This document shows positions 29,601-44,399 of a stretch of 64,000 bases of DNA, in pieces. Source of the DNA: the human T2T-CHM13v2.0 reference genome, Homo sapiens; the NCBI RefSeq assembly GCF_009914755.1, contig NC_060933.1, one strand, 5' to 3'. Numbering within the stretch: the first letter of the stretch is position 1; every line of letters starts with the position of its first letter. The notes beneath the pieces were generated by a model. It was not told the DNA's origin. It saw only the letters and a list, made by a program, of their open reading frames with translations, and did no database searches. A program made the position numbers and the translations under genes.

Positions 29601-32600
29601 TGGAATGGCATGGAATGGCATGGAATAGAATGGAATCAACCCGATTGCAATGGAATGGAGTGGAATGGAATGGAATGGAATGGAAACAACCCGAATGGAA
29701 TGGAATGTAATGGAGAGTAAGGGAATTGAATAGAATCAATACGAATGTAATGGAATGGAATGGAACGGAATGGAATGCAATGGAATGGAATGGAATGCAA
29801 TGGAATGGGATCAACCCGAGTGAAATGGAATGGAATCGAAAGGAATGGAATGGAATGGAATGGTTTCAACCCGAATGAAATGGAAAGGAATGGAATCAAC
29901 CCGAGTGGAATGGAATGGAATGGAATGGAATGGAATGGAATGGAATGGGTTCAACTCGAATGGAATGGAAAGGAATGGAATCAACCCGAGTGGAATGGCA
30001 TGGAATGGAATGGAATGGAATGGAATGGAATGGAAGGGAATGGAATGGAATGGAATTAACCTGAACAGAATGGAAGGGAATGGAATGGAACGGAACGGAA
30101 TGGAATGGAATGGAATGGAATGGAATGGAATGGAATGCAATGGAATGGGATCAACCCGAGTACAGGGGAATGGAATGCAATGGAATGCAATGAAATGGAA
30201 TCATCCGGAATGGAATGGAATGGAATGGAATGCAATCAATCAACCCGAGTGCAATAGAATGCAGTGGAATGGAATGGAATGGTATGGAAACTACCCGAAT
30301 GGAATAGAATGTAATGGAGTGTAAGGGAATTAAAAAGAATCAATCCGAATGTAATGGAATTGAATGGAACGGAATGGAATGGAATGGAATGGAATGGAAT
30401 GGAATGGAATGGAATTAACCCGAATAGAATGAAAAGGAATGGAATGGAATGGAATGGAATGGAATGGAATGGAATGGAATGGAACGGAATAGAATGGAAT
30501 GGAACGAAATGGAATGGAATGAAATGGAATGGAATGGAATGGAATGGAATGGAATCAACCCGAGTGCAGGGGAATGGAATGGAATTTAAGGCAATGGAAT
30601 GGAATCATATGGAATTGAATGGAATGGAATGGAATCAACTCGATTGCAATGGAATGGAATGGAATGGAATGGAATGGAATGGAATGGAATGGAATGGAAT
30701 GGAATTAACCCGAATAGAATGGAATTGAATGGAATGGAATGGATTGGAAGTAAATGGAATGGAATGTAATGAACCCGAGGGCAGGGGAATGGAATGGAAT
30801 GGAATGCAATGGAATTGAGTCATCCGGAATGGAACAGAAAGGAATGGAATGGAATCAACCCGTGTGCAATGGAATGGAAAGGAATGGAATGGAATGGAAT
30901 GGAATGGAAAGGATTCAACCCGAATGGAATGGAAAGGAAGGGAATCAACCCAAGTGGAATGGCATGGAATGGAATGGAATGGAATGGAATGGAATGGTAC
31001 CGAATAGAATGGAATGGAACGAAATGGAATAGAATGGAATGGAATGGTATGGAAACAACCCGAATGGAATGGAATGAAATGGACTGTAAGGGAATTGAAT
31101 ACAATCAATCCGAATGTAATGGAATGGAATGGAACGGAATGGAATGGAATGGAATGGAATGCAGTGGAATGGAATCAAACCTAGTGCAATGGAATGGAAT
31201 GGAATGGAATGGAATGGAATGGAATGGAATGGATTCAACCCAAATGGAATGGAAAGCAATGGAATCAACGTGAGTGGAATGGCATGGAATGGAATGGAAC
31301 GGAATGGAATGGAATGGAATGGAATGGAATGGAATGGTACGGAATAGAATGGAATGGAACGAAATGGAATGGAATGGAATGGAATGGAACGGAAAGGAAT
31401 GGAATCAACTCGATTGCAATGGAATGCAATGGAATGGAATGGAATGCAATTAAAGCGAATAGAATGGAATGGAATGGAACGGAATGGAATGGAATGGAAT
31501 GGAATGGAATCGAATGGAATCAACCTGAGTGCAGGGGAATGGAATGGAATGGAATGCAATGGAATGTAATGGAATGGAATGCAATGGAAACAACTCGATT
31601 GCAATGGAATGGAATGGAATGGAATGGAAGGGAAAGGAATGGAATGGAATTAACCTGAACAGAATGGAATGGAATGGAATGGAACGGAATGGAATGGAAT
31701 GGATTCAACCCGAATGGAATGGAAAGGAATGGAATAAACCCGAGTGGAATGCCATGGAATGGAATGGAATGGAATGGAATGGTACGGAATAGAATGGAAT
31801 GGAACGAAATGGAATGGAATGGAATGGAATGGAATGGAATGGAATGCAATCAACCTGAGTGCAATGGAATGGAATGGAATGGAATGGAACGGAATGGAAA
31901 CAACCCGAATGGAATGGAATGTAATGGAGTGTAAGGAATTGAATACAATCAATCCGAATGTAATGGAATGGAATGGAACGGAATGGAATGGAATGGAATG
32001 CAGTGGAATGGAATCAAACCTAGTGCAATGGAATGGAATGGAATGGAATGGAATGCAATGGAATGGATTGGATTCAACCCAAATGGAATGGAAAGCAATA
32101 GAATCAACCCGAGTGGAATGGCATGGAATGGAATGGAATGGAATGGAATGGAATGGAATGGACGGAATAGAATGGAATGGATCGAAATGGAATGGAATGG
32201 AATGGAATGGAACGGAATGGAATGGAATCAACTCGATTGCAATGGAATGTAATGGAATGGAATGGAATGGAATGGAATTAACGCGAATAGAATGGAATGG
32301 AATGGAATGGAAAGGAATGGGATGGAATGGAATCAATCTGAGTGCAGGGGAATGGAATGGAATGGAATGCAATGGAATGGAATCATCCGGAATGGAATGG
32401 AATGGAATGGAATGGAATGGAATGGAATGGAATTAACCCGAATAGAATGGAATGGAATGGAATGGAATGGAATGCAATGGAATGGAATCAACTCGATTTC
32501 AATGGAATGGAATGGAATGGAATGGAATGGAATGGAATGGAATGGAATAGAATGGAATCCACCCGACTGCAGGGGAATGGAATGAAATAGAATGCAATGG

Positions 32601-35600
32601 AATGGAATCATACGGAATGGAATGGAATGGAATGGAATGGAATGGAAACAACCCGAATGGAATGGAATGTGATGGAGTGTAAGGGAATTGAATAGAATCA
32701 ATCCGAATGTAATGGAATTGAATGGAACGGAATGGAATGGAATGGAATGTAATGGAATGGAATGGAATGCAATGGAATGGGATCAACCCGAGTGCAATGG
32801 AATGGAATCGAAAGGAATGGAATGGAATGGAAAGGCTTCACCCCGAATGGAATGGAAAGGAATGGAATCAACCCGAGTGGAATGGAATGGAATGGAATGG
32901 AATGGAATGGAATGGAATGGAATGCAATGGAATGGAACGGAATGGAATCAACCCGATTGCAATGAAATTGAATGGAATGGAATGGAATGGAATGGAATTA
33001 ACCCGAATAGAATGGAATGGAATGGAATGGGATGGTATGGAATGGAATGGAACGGAATGGAATGGAATGGAATTGAATGGAATCAACCCGGGTGCAGGGG
33101 AATGCAATTGAATGGAAGGCAATGGAATGCAATCATCCGGAATGGAATGGAATGGAATGGAATGGAATGGAATGGTTTCAACCCGAATGGAATGGAATGG
33201 AATGGAATCAACCCGAGTGGAATGGCCTGGAATGGAATGGAATGGAATGGAATGGAATGGAATGGAATGGAATGGAATGGTATGGAATAGAATGGAATGG
33301 AACGAAATGGAATGGAAGGGAATGGAATGGAATGGAATGGAATCAACCCGACTGCAATGGAATGGAGTGGAATGGAATGGAATGGAATGGAAACAACCCG
33401 AATGGAATGGAATGTAATGGAGTGTAAGGGAATTGAATACAATCAATACGAATGTAATGGAATGGAATGGAACGGAATGGAATGGAATGGAATGGAATGG
33501 AATGGAATGCAGTGGAATGGAATCAATCCTAGTGCAATGGAATGGAATGCAATGGAATGGAATGGAATGGAATGGAATGGAATGGAATGGAATGGAATGG
33601 AATGGATTCAACCCAAATGGAATGGAAAGCAATGGAATCAACCCGAGTGGAATGGCATGGAACGGAATGGAATGGAATGGTATGGAATAGAATGGAATGG
33701 AAAGAAATGGAATGGAATGGAATGGAATGGAACGGAGTGGAATGGAAAGGAATGGAATGGAATGGAATGGAATAGAATGGAATGGAACGAAATGGAATGG
33801 AATGGAACAGAATGGAATGGAATCAATCAGAGTGGAATAGAAGGGAATGCATTCGAGTAGAATGGAAAGGAATGGAATCAACCAGAGTGGAATGGAAGGG
33901 AATGGAATGGAATGGAAACTAATAAAATGGAATCAACACGAGTGGAATGGAATGGAAAGGACTTGAATGGAATGGAATGGAATCAACTCGATTGCAATGG
34001 AATGTAATGGAATGGAATTGAATGGAATTAATGCGAATAGAATGGATTGGAATGGAATGGAACGGAATGGAATGGAATGGAATGGAATGGAATCAAACTG
34101 AGTGCAGGGGAATGGAATGGAATGGAATGGAATAGAATGGAATGGAATGGAAGGGAATGGAATGGAATGGAATTAACCTGAACAGAATGGAATGGAATGG
34201 AATGGAACGGAATGGAATGGAATGGAATGGAATGGAATGGAATCCACCCGAGTTGAGGGGAATGGAATGGAATGGAATGCAATGGAATGGAATCAATCAA
34301 CCCGAGTGCAATAGAATGCAGTGGAATGGAATGGAATGGAATGGAAAGTACCCGAATGGAATGGAATGTAATGGAGTGTAAGGGAATTAAAAAGAATCAA
34401 TACGAATGTAATTGAATGGAATGGAACGGAATAGAATGGAATGGAATGGAATGGAATGGAATGAAATGGAATGGCATGGAATGGAATGGAATCAACCCGA
34501 GTGCAATGGAATGGAATCGAATGGAATGGAAGGGAATGGAATGGATTGAACCCGAATGGAATGGAAAGGAATGGAATAAACCCGAGTGGAATGGCATGGA
34601 ATGGAATGGAATGGAATGGAATGGTACGGAATAGAATGGAAAAAAACGAAATGGAATGGAATGGAATGGAATGGAATGAACCCGTGTGCAATGGAATGGA
34701 ATGGAATGGAATGGAATGGAATGGAATGGGTTCAACTCGAAAGGAATGGAAAGGAATGGAATCAACCCGAGTGGAATGGCATGGAATGGAATGGAATGGA
34801 ATGGTATGGAATGGAATGGAATGGAATGGAATGGAATGGAATGGAATGAAATGGAATGGAATGGAATGGAATGGAATGAACCCAAGTGTAATGTAATGGA
34901 ATCGAATGGAATGGAATGGAATGGAATGGATTCAACCCAAATGGAATGGAAAGGAATGGAATCAACCCGAGTGGAATGGCATGGAATGGACTGGAATGGA
35001 ATGGAATGGAATGGAATGGTACGGAATAGAATGGAATGGAACGAAATGGAATGGAATGGAATGGAATGGAATGGAATGGAATGGAATGGAATGAACCCGT
35101 GTGCAATGGAATGGAATCGAATGGAATGGAATGGAATGCAAAGGATACAACTCGAATGGAATGGAAAGGAATGAAATCAACCCGAGTGGAATGGCATGGA
35201 CTGGAATGGAATGGAATGGCATGGAATGGAATGGAATTGAATGGTACGGAATAGAATCGAATGGAACGAAATGGAATGGAATGGAATGGAATGGAATGGA
35301 ATGGAAACAACCCGAGTGCATGGTAATGGAATGGAATGGAAGGCAATGGAATGGAATCATCCGGAATGGAATGGAATGGAATGGAATGGAATGGAATGGA
35401 ATGGAATGGAATCAACTCGATTGCAATGGAATGGAATGGAATGGAATGGAATGGAATGGAATTAACCCGGATAGAATCGAATGGAATGGAATGGAATGGA
35501 ATGGAATGGAATGGAAGGGAATGGAATGTAATGGAATGGAATGGAATTAACCCGAATAGAATGGAATGGAACGGAAAGGAAGGGAATGGAATGGAATGTA

Positions 35601-35894
35601 ATCAACTCCAGTGCAGGGGAATGCAATGGAATGGAATGAAATGGAATGGAGTCATACGGAATGGAAGGGAATGGAATGGAATCAACCAGAGTGCAATGGA
35701 ATGGAGTGGAATGGAATGGAATACAATGGAAACAACACGAATGGAATAGAATGTAATGGAGTGTAAGGGAATTGAATATAATCAATCCGAATGTAATGGA
35801 ATGGAACGGAAAGGAATGGAATGGAATGGAATGGAATGGAATGAAATGGAATGGAATGGAATGGAATGAAATGGAATGGCATGGAATGGAATGG

Positions 35895-36330
35895 AATCAA
35901 CCCGAGTTCAATGGAATTGAATGGAATGGAATGGAATGGAATGGAATGGAATGGAATGGAATGGAATCAACTCGATTGCAATGGAATGGAATGGAATGGG
36001 ATGGAATGGAATGGAATGGAATGGAATGGAATTAACCCTATTAGAATGGAATGGAATGGAATGGAATGGAAAAGAATGGAATGGAAGGGAATGGAATGGA
36101 ATGGAATGGAATGGAATTAACCCGAGTTCAATGGAATTGAATGGAATGGAATGGAATGGAATGGAATGGAATCAACTCGATTGCAATGGAATGGAATGGA
36201 ATGGGATGGAATGGAATGGAATGGAATGGAATGGAATGGAATTAACCCTAATAGAATGGAATGGAATGGAATGGAATGGAATAGAATGGAATGGAAGGGA
36301 ATGGAATGGAATGGAATGGAATTAACCCGA
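35895..36330 (+). repeat. ~220-bp local tandem duplication
   Basis: AACCCGAGTTCAATGGAATTG...CTCGATTGC...GGGAT...TTAACCCTA occurs at ~35899 and ~36119. Confidence 0.75.
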
Positions 36331-37530
36331 ATAGAATGGAATGGAATGGAATGGAATGGAATGGAATGGAATGGAATGGAATGGAATCAACTCGATTTCA
36401 ATGGAATGGAATGCAATGGAATGGAATGCAATGGAAGGGAATGGAATGGAATGGAATGAAATTAACCCGAATATAATGGAATGGAATGGAATGGAATGGA
36501 ATGGAATGGAATAGAATGGAATGGAATGGATTCAACTCGAATGGAATGGAAGGGAATGGAATCAACGCGAGTGGAATGGCATGGAATGGAATGGAATGGA
36601 ATGGAATGGAAGTAAATGGAATGGAATGGAATGAACCCGAGTGCAGGGGAATGGAATGGAAAGGAATGGAATGGAATGGAATGGAATGCAGTGGAATGGA
36701 ATCAAACCTAGTGCAATTGAATGGAATGGAATGGAATGGAATGGAATGGAATGGAATGGATTCAACCCAAATGGAATGGAAAGCAATGGAATCAACCCGA
36801 GTGGAATGGCATGGAATGGAATGGAATGGAATGGAATGGAATGGAATGGAATGGAATGGAATGGTACGGAATAAAATGGAATGGAACGAAATGGAATGGA
36901 ATGGAATGGAATGGAACGGAATGGAATGGAATCATTCCGAGTGGAATAGAAGGGAATGAATTCGAGTGGAATGGAAAGGAATGGAATCAACCAGAGTGGA
37001 ATGGAAGGGAATGGAATGGAATGGAAACTAATAAAATGGAATCAACACGAGTGGAATGGAATGGAAAGGACTTGAATGGAATGGAATGGAATGGAATGGA
37101 ATCAAGTCGATTGCAATGGAATGTAATGGAATGGAGTGGAATGGAATTAACGCGAATAGAATGGAATGGAATGGAATGGAATGGAATGGAATGGAATGGA
37201 ATCAACCTGAGTGCAGGGGAATGGAATGCAATGGAATGCAATGGAATGCAATGGAATGGAATGGAATGGAATCAACGCGAGTGCAGGGGAATGGAATGTA
37301 CTGGAATGCAATGGAATGGAATCTTCTGGAATGGAATGGAATGGAATGGAATCAACCCGAGTGCAATGGAATGGAGTGGAATGGAATGGAATGGAAGGGA
37401 ATGGAACAACCCGAATAGAATCGAATGTAATGGAGAGTAAGGGAGTTGAAAAGAATCAATCCGAATGTAATGGAATGGAATGGAACGGAATGGAATTGAA
37501 TGGTATGGAATGGAATGCAATGGAATGGAA

Positions 37531-37850
37531 TCAACCCGAGTGCAATGGAATGGAGAGGAATGGAATGGAAACTACCCGAATGGAATGTAATGTAATGGAG
37601 TGTAAGGGAATTGAATAGAATCAATCCGAATGTAATGTAATGGAATGGAATGGAATGGAATGGAATGGAATGGAATGGAATGGAATACAATGGAATGGAA
37701 TCAACCCGAGTGCAATGGAATGGAGAGGAATGGAATGGAAACTACCCGAATGGAATGTAATGTAATGGAGTGTAAGGGAATTGAATAGAATCAATCCGAA
37801 TGTAATGTAATGGAATGGAATGGAATGGAATGGAATGGAATGCAATGGAA
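37531..37850 (+). repeat. 170-bp local tandem duplication
   Basis: TCAACCCGAGTGCAATGGAATGGAGAGGAATGGAATGGAAACTACCCGAATGGAATGTAATGTAATGGAG...TCAATCCGAATGTAATGTAA starts at 37531 and 37701. Confidence 0.85.
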
Positions 37851-38539
37851 TGTAATGGAATGGAATGCAATGGAATCAACTCGACTGCAATGGGATGGAA
37901 TGGAATGGAATGGAAGGGAAAGGAATAGAATGGAATTAACCTGAACAGAATGGAATGGAATGGAATGGAACGGAATGGAATGGAACGGAATGGAATGGAA
38001 TGGAATGGAATGAACCCGTGTGCAATGGAATGGAATGGAATGGAATGGAATGGAATGGGTTCAACTCGAATGGAATGGAAAGGAATGGAATCAACACGAG
38101 TGGAATGGCATGGAATGGAATGGAATGGAATGGAATGGAATGGAATGGAATGGAATGGAATGAAATGTAATGTAATGGAATGGAATGGAATCAACCCGAG
38201 TGCAGTGTAATGGAATCGAATGGAATGGAATGGATTCAACACGAATGTAATGGAAAGGAATGGAATAAACCCGCGTGCAATGGCATGGAATGGAGTGGAA
38301 TGGAATGAAATGTAAAGGAATGGAATGGAATGGAATCAACCCGAGTGCAATGTAATGGAATGGAATGGAATGGAATGGAATGGAATGGATTCAACCAGAA
38401 TGGAATGGAAAGGAATGGAATAAACCCGAGTGGAATGGCATGGAATGGAGTGGAATGGAATGGAATGGAATGGTACGGAATAGAATGGAATGGAAGGAAA
38501 TGGAATGGAATGGAATGGAATGGAATGGAATGGAATGGA

Positions 38540-41520
38540 ATGGAATGAACCCGTGTGCAATAGAATGGAATCGAATGGAATGGAATGGATTGGAATGGAT
38601 TGAACTCGAATGGAATGGAAAGGAATGGAATCAACCCGAGTGGAATGGCATGGAATGGAATGGAATGGAATGGAATGGAATGGAATGGAATGGTACGGAA
38701 TAGAATGGAAAGGAACGAAATGGAATGGAATGAAATGGAACGGAATGGAATGGAATGGAATGGAATCAACCCGAGTGCAGGGGAATGGAATGGAATTGAA
38801 GGCAATGGAATGGAATCATCCGGAATTGAATGGAATGGAATGGAATCAACTCGATTGCAATGGAATGGAATGGAATGGAATGGAATGGAATGGAATGGAA
38901 TTAACCCGAATAGAATGGAATGGAATGGAATGGAAGTAAATGGAATGGAAGGTAATGAACCCGAGTGCAGGGCAATGGAATGGAATGGAATGGAATGCAA
39001 TGGAATGGAGTCATCTGGAATGGAAAGGAGAGGAACGGAATGGAACCAACCCGTGTGCAATGGAATGGAAAGGAATGGAATGGAATGGAATGGAATGGAA
39101 TGGAATGGATTCAACCCGAATGGAATGGAAAGGAAGGGAATCAACCCAAGTGGAATGGCATGGAATGGAATGGATTCGAATGGAATGGAATGGAATGGTA
39201 CTGAATAGAATGGAATGGAAGGAAATGGAATAGAATGGAATGGAATGGAATGCAATCAACCCGAGTGCAATGGAATGGAGTGGAATGGATTGGAATGGAA
39301 TGGAAACAACCTGAATGGAATGGAATGAAATGGAGTGTAAGGGAATTGAATACAATCAATCCGAATGTAATGGAATGGAATGGAATGGAACGGAATGGAA
39401 TGGAATGGAATGGAATGCAGTGGAATGGAATCAAACCTAGTGCAATGGAATAGAATGGAATGGAATGGAATGGAATGGAATGGAATGGAATGGATTCAAC
39501 CCAAATGGAATGGAAAGCCATGGAATCAACCCGAGTGGAATGGCATGGAATGGAATGGAATGGAATGGTACGGAATAGAATGCAATGGAACGAAATGGAA
39601 TGGAATGGAATGGAATGGAATGGAATGGAATGGAATGCAATCATTCCGAGTGGAATAGAAGGGAATGAATTCGAGTGGAATGGAAAGGAATGGAATCAAC
39701 CAGAGTGGAATGGAAGGGAATGGAATGGAATGGAAACTAATAAAATGGAATGAAAACGAGTGGAATGGAATGGAAAGGACTGGAATGGAATGGAATGGAA
39801 TGGAATGGAATGGAATGGAATGGAATCAACTCGATTGCTATGGAATGTAAGGGAATGGAATGGAATGGAATTAACCCGAATAGAATGGAATGGAATGGAA
39901 TGGAATGGAATGGAATCAACCTGAGTGCAGGGGAATGGAATGCAATGGAATGCAATGCAATGGAATGGAATGCAATGGAATCAACTAGATTGCAATGGAA
40001 TGGAATGGAATGGAATGGAATGGAATGGAATGGAATGAACCCGTGTGCAATAGAATGGAATCGAATGGAATGGAATGGATTGGAATGGATTGAAGTCGAA
40101 TGGAATGGAAAGGAATGGAATCAACCCGAGTGGAATGGCATGGAATGGAATGGAATGGAATGGAATGGAATGGAATGGAATGGAATGGAATGGTACGGAA
40201 TAGAATGGAAAGGAACGAAATGGAATGGAATGAAATGGAACGGAATGGAATGGAATGGAATGGAATCAACCCGAGTGCAGGGGAATGGAATGGAATTGAA
40301 GGCAATGGAATGGAATCATCCGGAATTGAATGGAATGGAATGGAATCAACTCGATTGCAATGGAATGGAATGGAATGGAATGGAATGGAATGGAATGGAA
40401 TGGAATGGAATTAACCCGAATAGAATGGAATGGAATGGAATGGCAGTAAATGGAATGGAAGGTAATGAACCCGAGTGCAGGGCAATGGAATGGAATGGAA
40501 TGGAATGCAATGGAATGGAGTCATCTGGAATGGAACGGAGAGGAACGGAATGGAACCAACCCGTGTGCAATGGAATGGAAAGGAATGGAATGGAATGGAA
40601 TGGAATGGAATGGATTCAACCCGAATGGAATGGAAAGGAAGGGAATCAACCCAAGTGGAATGGCATGGAATGGAATGGATTGGAATGGAATGGAATGGAA
40701 TGGTACCGAATAGAATGGAATGGAAGGAAATGGAATAGAATGGAATGGAATGGAATGCAATCAACCCGAGTGCAATGGAATGGAGTGGAATGGATTGGAA
40801 TGGAATGGAAACAACCTGAATGGAATGGAATGAAATGGAGTGTAAGGGAATTGAATACAATCAATCCGAATGTAATGGAATGGAATGGAATGGAACGGAA
40901 TGGAATGGAATGGAATGGAATGCAGTGGAATGGAATCAAACCTAGTGCAATGGAATAGAATGGAATGGAATGGAATGGAATGGAATGGAATGGAATGGAT
41001 TCAACCCAAATGGAATGGAAAGCCATGGAATCAACCCGAGTGGAATGGCATGGAATGGAATGGAATGGAATGGTACGGAATAGAATGCAATGGAACGAAA
41101 TGGAATGGAATGGAATGGAATGGAATGGAATGGAATGGAATGCAATCATTCCGAGTGGAATAGAAGGGAATGAATTCGAGTGGAATGGAAAGGAATGGAA
41201 TCAACCAGAGTGGAATGGAAGGGAATGGAATGCAATGGAAACTAATAAAATGGAATGAAAACGAGTGGAATGGAATGGAAAGGACTTGAATGGAATGGAA
41301 TGGAATGGAATGGAATGGAATGGAATGGAATCAACTCGATTGCTATGGAATGTAAGGGAATGGAATGGAATGGAATTAACCCGAATAGAATGGAATGGAA
41401 TGGAATGGAATGGAATGGAATGGAATCAACCTGAGTGCAGGGGAATGGAATGCAATGGAATGCAATGGAATGGAATGGAATGCAATGGAATCAACTAGAT
41501 TGCAATGGAATGGAATGGAA
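38540..41520 (+). repeat. Tandem duplication of a ~1.5 kb unit in domain B
   Basis: ORF pairs 39141/40646, 39380/40885 and 39460/40965 (offset 1505). Start marker GAACCCGTGTGCAATAG at ~38547/40037, end marker TCAACTAGATTGC at 39981/41491. Confidence 0.92.
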
Positions 41521-42529
41521 TGGAATGGAATGGAATGGAAGGGAATGGAATGGATTGGAATTAACCTGAACAGAATGGAATGGAATGGAATGGAATGGAA
41601 TGCAATGGAATGGAACGGAATGGAATGGAATGGAATGGAATGGAATCAACCAGAGTGCAGGGGAATGCAATGGAATGGAATGCAATGGAATGGAATCATC
41701 CGGAATGGAATTGAATGGAATGGAATGCAATGGAATGGAATCAATCAACCCGAGTGCAATGCAATGGAGTGTAATGGAATCGAATGGAATGGAAACTACC
41801 CGAATGGAATGGAATGTAATGGAGTGTAAGGGAATTAAAAAGAATCAATCCGAATGTAATGGAATGGAATGGAACGGAATGAAATGGAATGGCATGGAAT
41901 GGAATGGAATCAACCCGAGTGCAATGGAATGGAATTGAACTGAATGGAATGGAAAGGAATGGATTCAACCCGAATGGAATGGAAAGGAATGTAATAAACC
42001 CCAGTGGAATGGCATGGAATGGAATGAAATGGAGTGGAATGGAATGGAATGGAATGGAATGGTACGGAATAGAATGGAATGGAACGAAATGGAATAGAAT
42101 GGAATGGAATGGAATGGAATGAAACCGTGAGCAATGGAATGGAATGGAATGGAATGGAATGGAATGGAATGGAATGGAATGGGTTCGACTCGAATGGAAT
42201 GGAATGGAATGGAATCAACCCGAGTGGAATGGCATGGAATGGAATGGAATGGAATGGAATGGAATGGAATGGAATGGAAACAACACGAGTGCAATGTAAT
42301 GGAATCGAATGGAATGGAATGGAATGGAATGGAATGGATTCAACCCGAATGGAATGGAAAGGAATGGAATAAACCCGAGTGGAATGGCATGGAATGGAGT
42401 CTAATGGATTGGAATGGAATGGAATGGTATGGAATAGAATGGAATGGAACGAAATGGAATGGAATGGAATGGAATGGAATGGAATGGAATGAAATGAACC
42501 CGTGTGCAATGGAATGGAATGGAATGGAA

Positions 42530-44390
42530 TGGAATGGAATGGAATGGAATGGAATGGAATGCAATGGAATGGAATCAACCCGAGTGCAATAGAATGGAAT
42601 CGAATGGAATGGAATGTAATGGAATGGATTCAACTTGAATGGAATGGAAAGAATGGAATCAACACGAGTGGAATGGCATGGATTGGAATGGAATGGAATG
42701 GAATCAACCCGAGTATAGGGGAATGGAATGGAATGCAATGCAATGGAATGGAATCATCCGTAATGGAATGGAATGGAATGGAATGGAATGGAATGGAATG
42801 CAATGGAATGGAATCAACCCGAGTGCAATGGAATGGAGAGGAATGGAATGGAATGGAATGGAAACTACCCGAATGGAATGGAATGTAATGGAGTGTAAAG
42901 GAATTGAATAGAATCAATCCGAATGTAATGGAATTGAATGGAACGGAATGGAATGGAATGCAATGGAATGGAATGGAATGGATTGCAATGGAATGGAATC
43001 AACCCGAGTGCAATCGAATGGAATCGAATGCAATGGAATGCAATGGAATGGATTCAACTTGAATGGAAAGGAAACAATGGAATCAACACGAGTGGAATGG
43101 CATGGATTGGAATACGAATGGAGTGGAATCAACCCGAGTACAGGGGAATGGAATGGAATGGAATGCAATGGAATGGAATCATCCGTAATAGAATGGAAAG
43201 GAATGGAATGGAATGGAATGGAATGGAATGTTAGGGAATGGAATCAACTCGATTGCAATCGAATGGAATGGAATGGAATTAACCCGAATAGAATGCAATG
43301 GAATGGAATGGAACGGAACGGAATGGAATGGAATGGAATGGAATGGAATGGAATGGAACGGAACGGAATGGAATGGAATGGAATGGAATGGAATGGAATG
43401 GAATCAACGCGAGTGCAGGGGAATGGAATGGAATGGAATGCAATGGAATGGAATCTTCCGGAATGGAATGGAATGGAATGGAATGGAATGAAATGCAATG
43501 GATTCAACACGATTGCAATGGAATGGAATAGAATGGAATGGAATGGAATGGAATGGAATTAATCCGAATAGAATGGAATGGAATGGAATGGAACGGAATG
43601 GAACGGAATGGAATGGAATGGAATGGAATGGAATAGAACGGAATGGAACGGAATGGAATGGAATGGAATGGAATGGAATGGTATGGAATGGAATGGAATG
43701 GTACGGAATAGAATGGAATGGAACGAATTGTAATGGAATGGAATTGAATGGAATGGAATGGAATGGAATGGAATCAACGCGAGTGCAGGGGAATGTAATG
43801 GAATGGAATGCAATGGATTGGAATCATCCGGAATGGAATGGAATGGAATGGAATCAACCCGAGTGCAATGGAATGGAGTGGAATGGAATGGAATGGAATG
43901 GAACAACCCGAATGGAATGGAATGTAATGGAGAGTAAGGGAGTTGAATAGAATCAATCCGAATGTAATGGAATGGAATGCAACGGAATGGAATGGAATGG
44001 AATGGAATGGAATGCAACGGAATTGAATCAACCCGAGTACAATGGAATGGAATGGAATGGAATGGAATGGAATGGAATGGAATGGAATGGAATGGAATGG
44101 AATGATACGGAATAGAATGGAATGGAACGAAATGGAATGGAATGGAATGGAATGGAATGGAATGGAATGGAATGGAATGGAATGGAATGGAATCGTTCCG
44201 AGTGGAATAGGAGGGAATGTATTCGAGTGGAATGGAAAGGAATGGAATCAACCAGAGTGGAATGGAAGGGAATGGAATGGAATGGAAACTAATAGAATGG
44301 AATCAACCCGAGTGGAATGGAATGGAAAGGACTGGAATGGAATGGAATGGAATGGAATCAACTCGATTGTAATGGAATGGAATGGAATGG
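42530..44390 (+). repeat. Copy of ~2800-4650 (offset ~39,733); start of the second super-repeat
   Basis: ORF pairs 2897/42630, 2906/42639 and 3765/43498. Shares GGAAACAAT and TTCAACACGATT variants with the ~2800 copy rather than the ~5900 copy. Confidence 0.92.
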
Positions 44391-44399
44391 AATGGAATG

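Larger units (their letters stand above)
29600..42520 (+). repeat. Domain B: more diverged HSat3 dialect
   Basis: TTCAACTTGA/GGAAAGAAT words are absent. Characteristic words are CAAACCTAGTGC, GAACCCGTGTGC, TTCAACCCAAAT, TAACCTGAACAG, GGGTTCAACTCG and CAACCCGAGTGGAATGGCAT. Confidence 0.85.
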
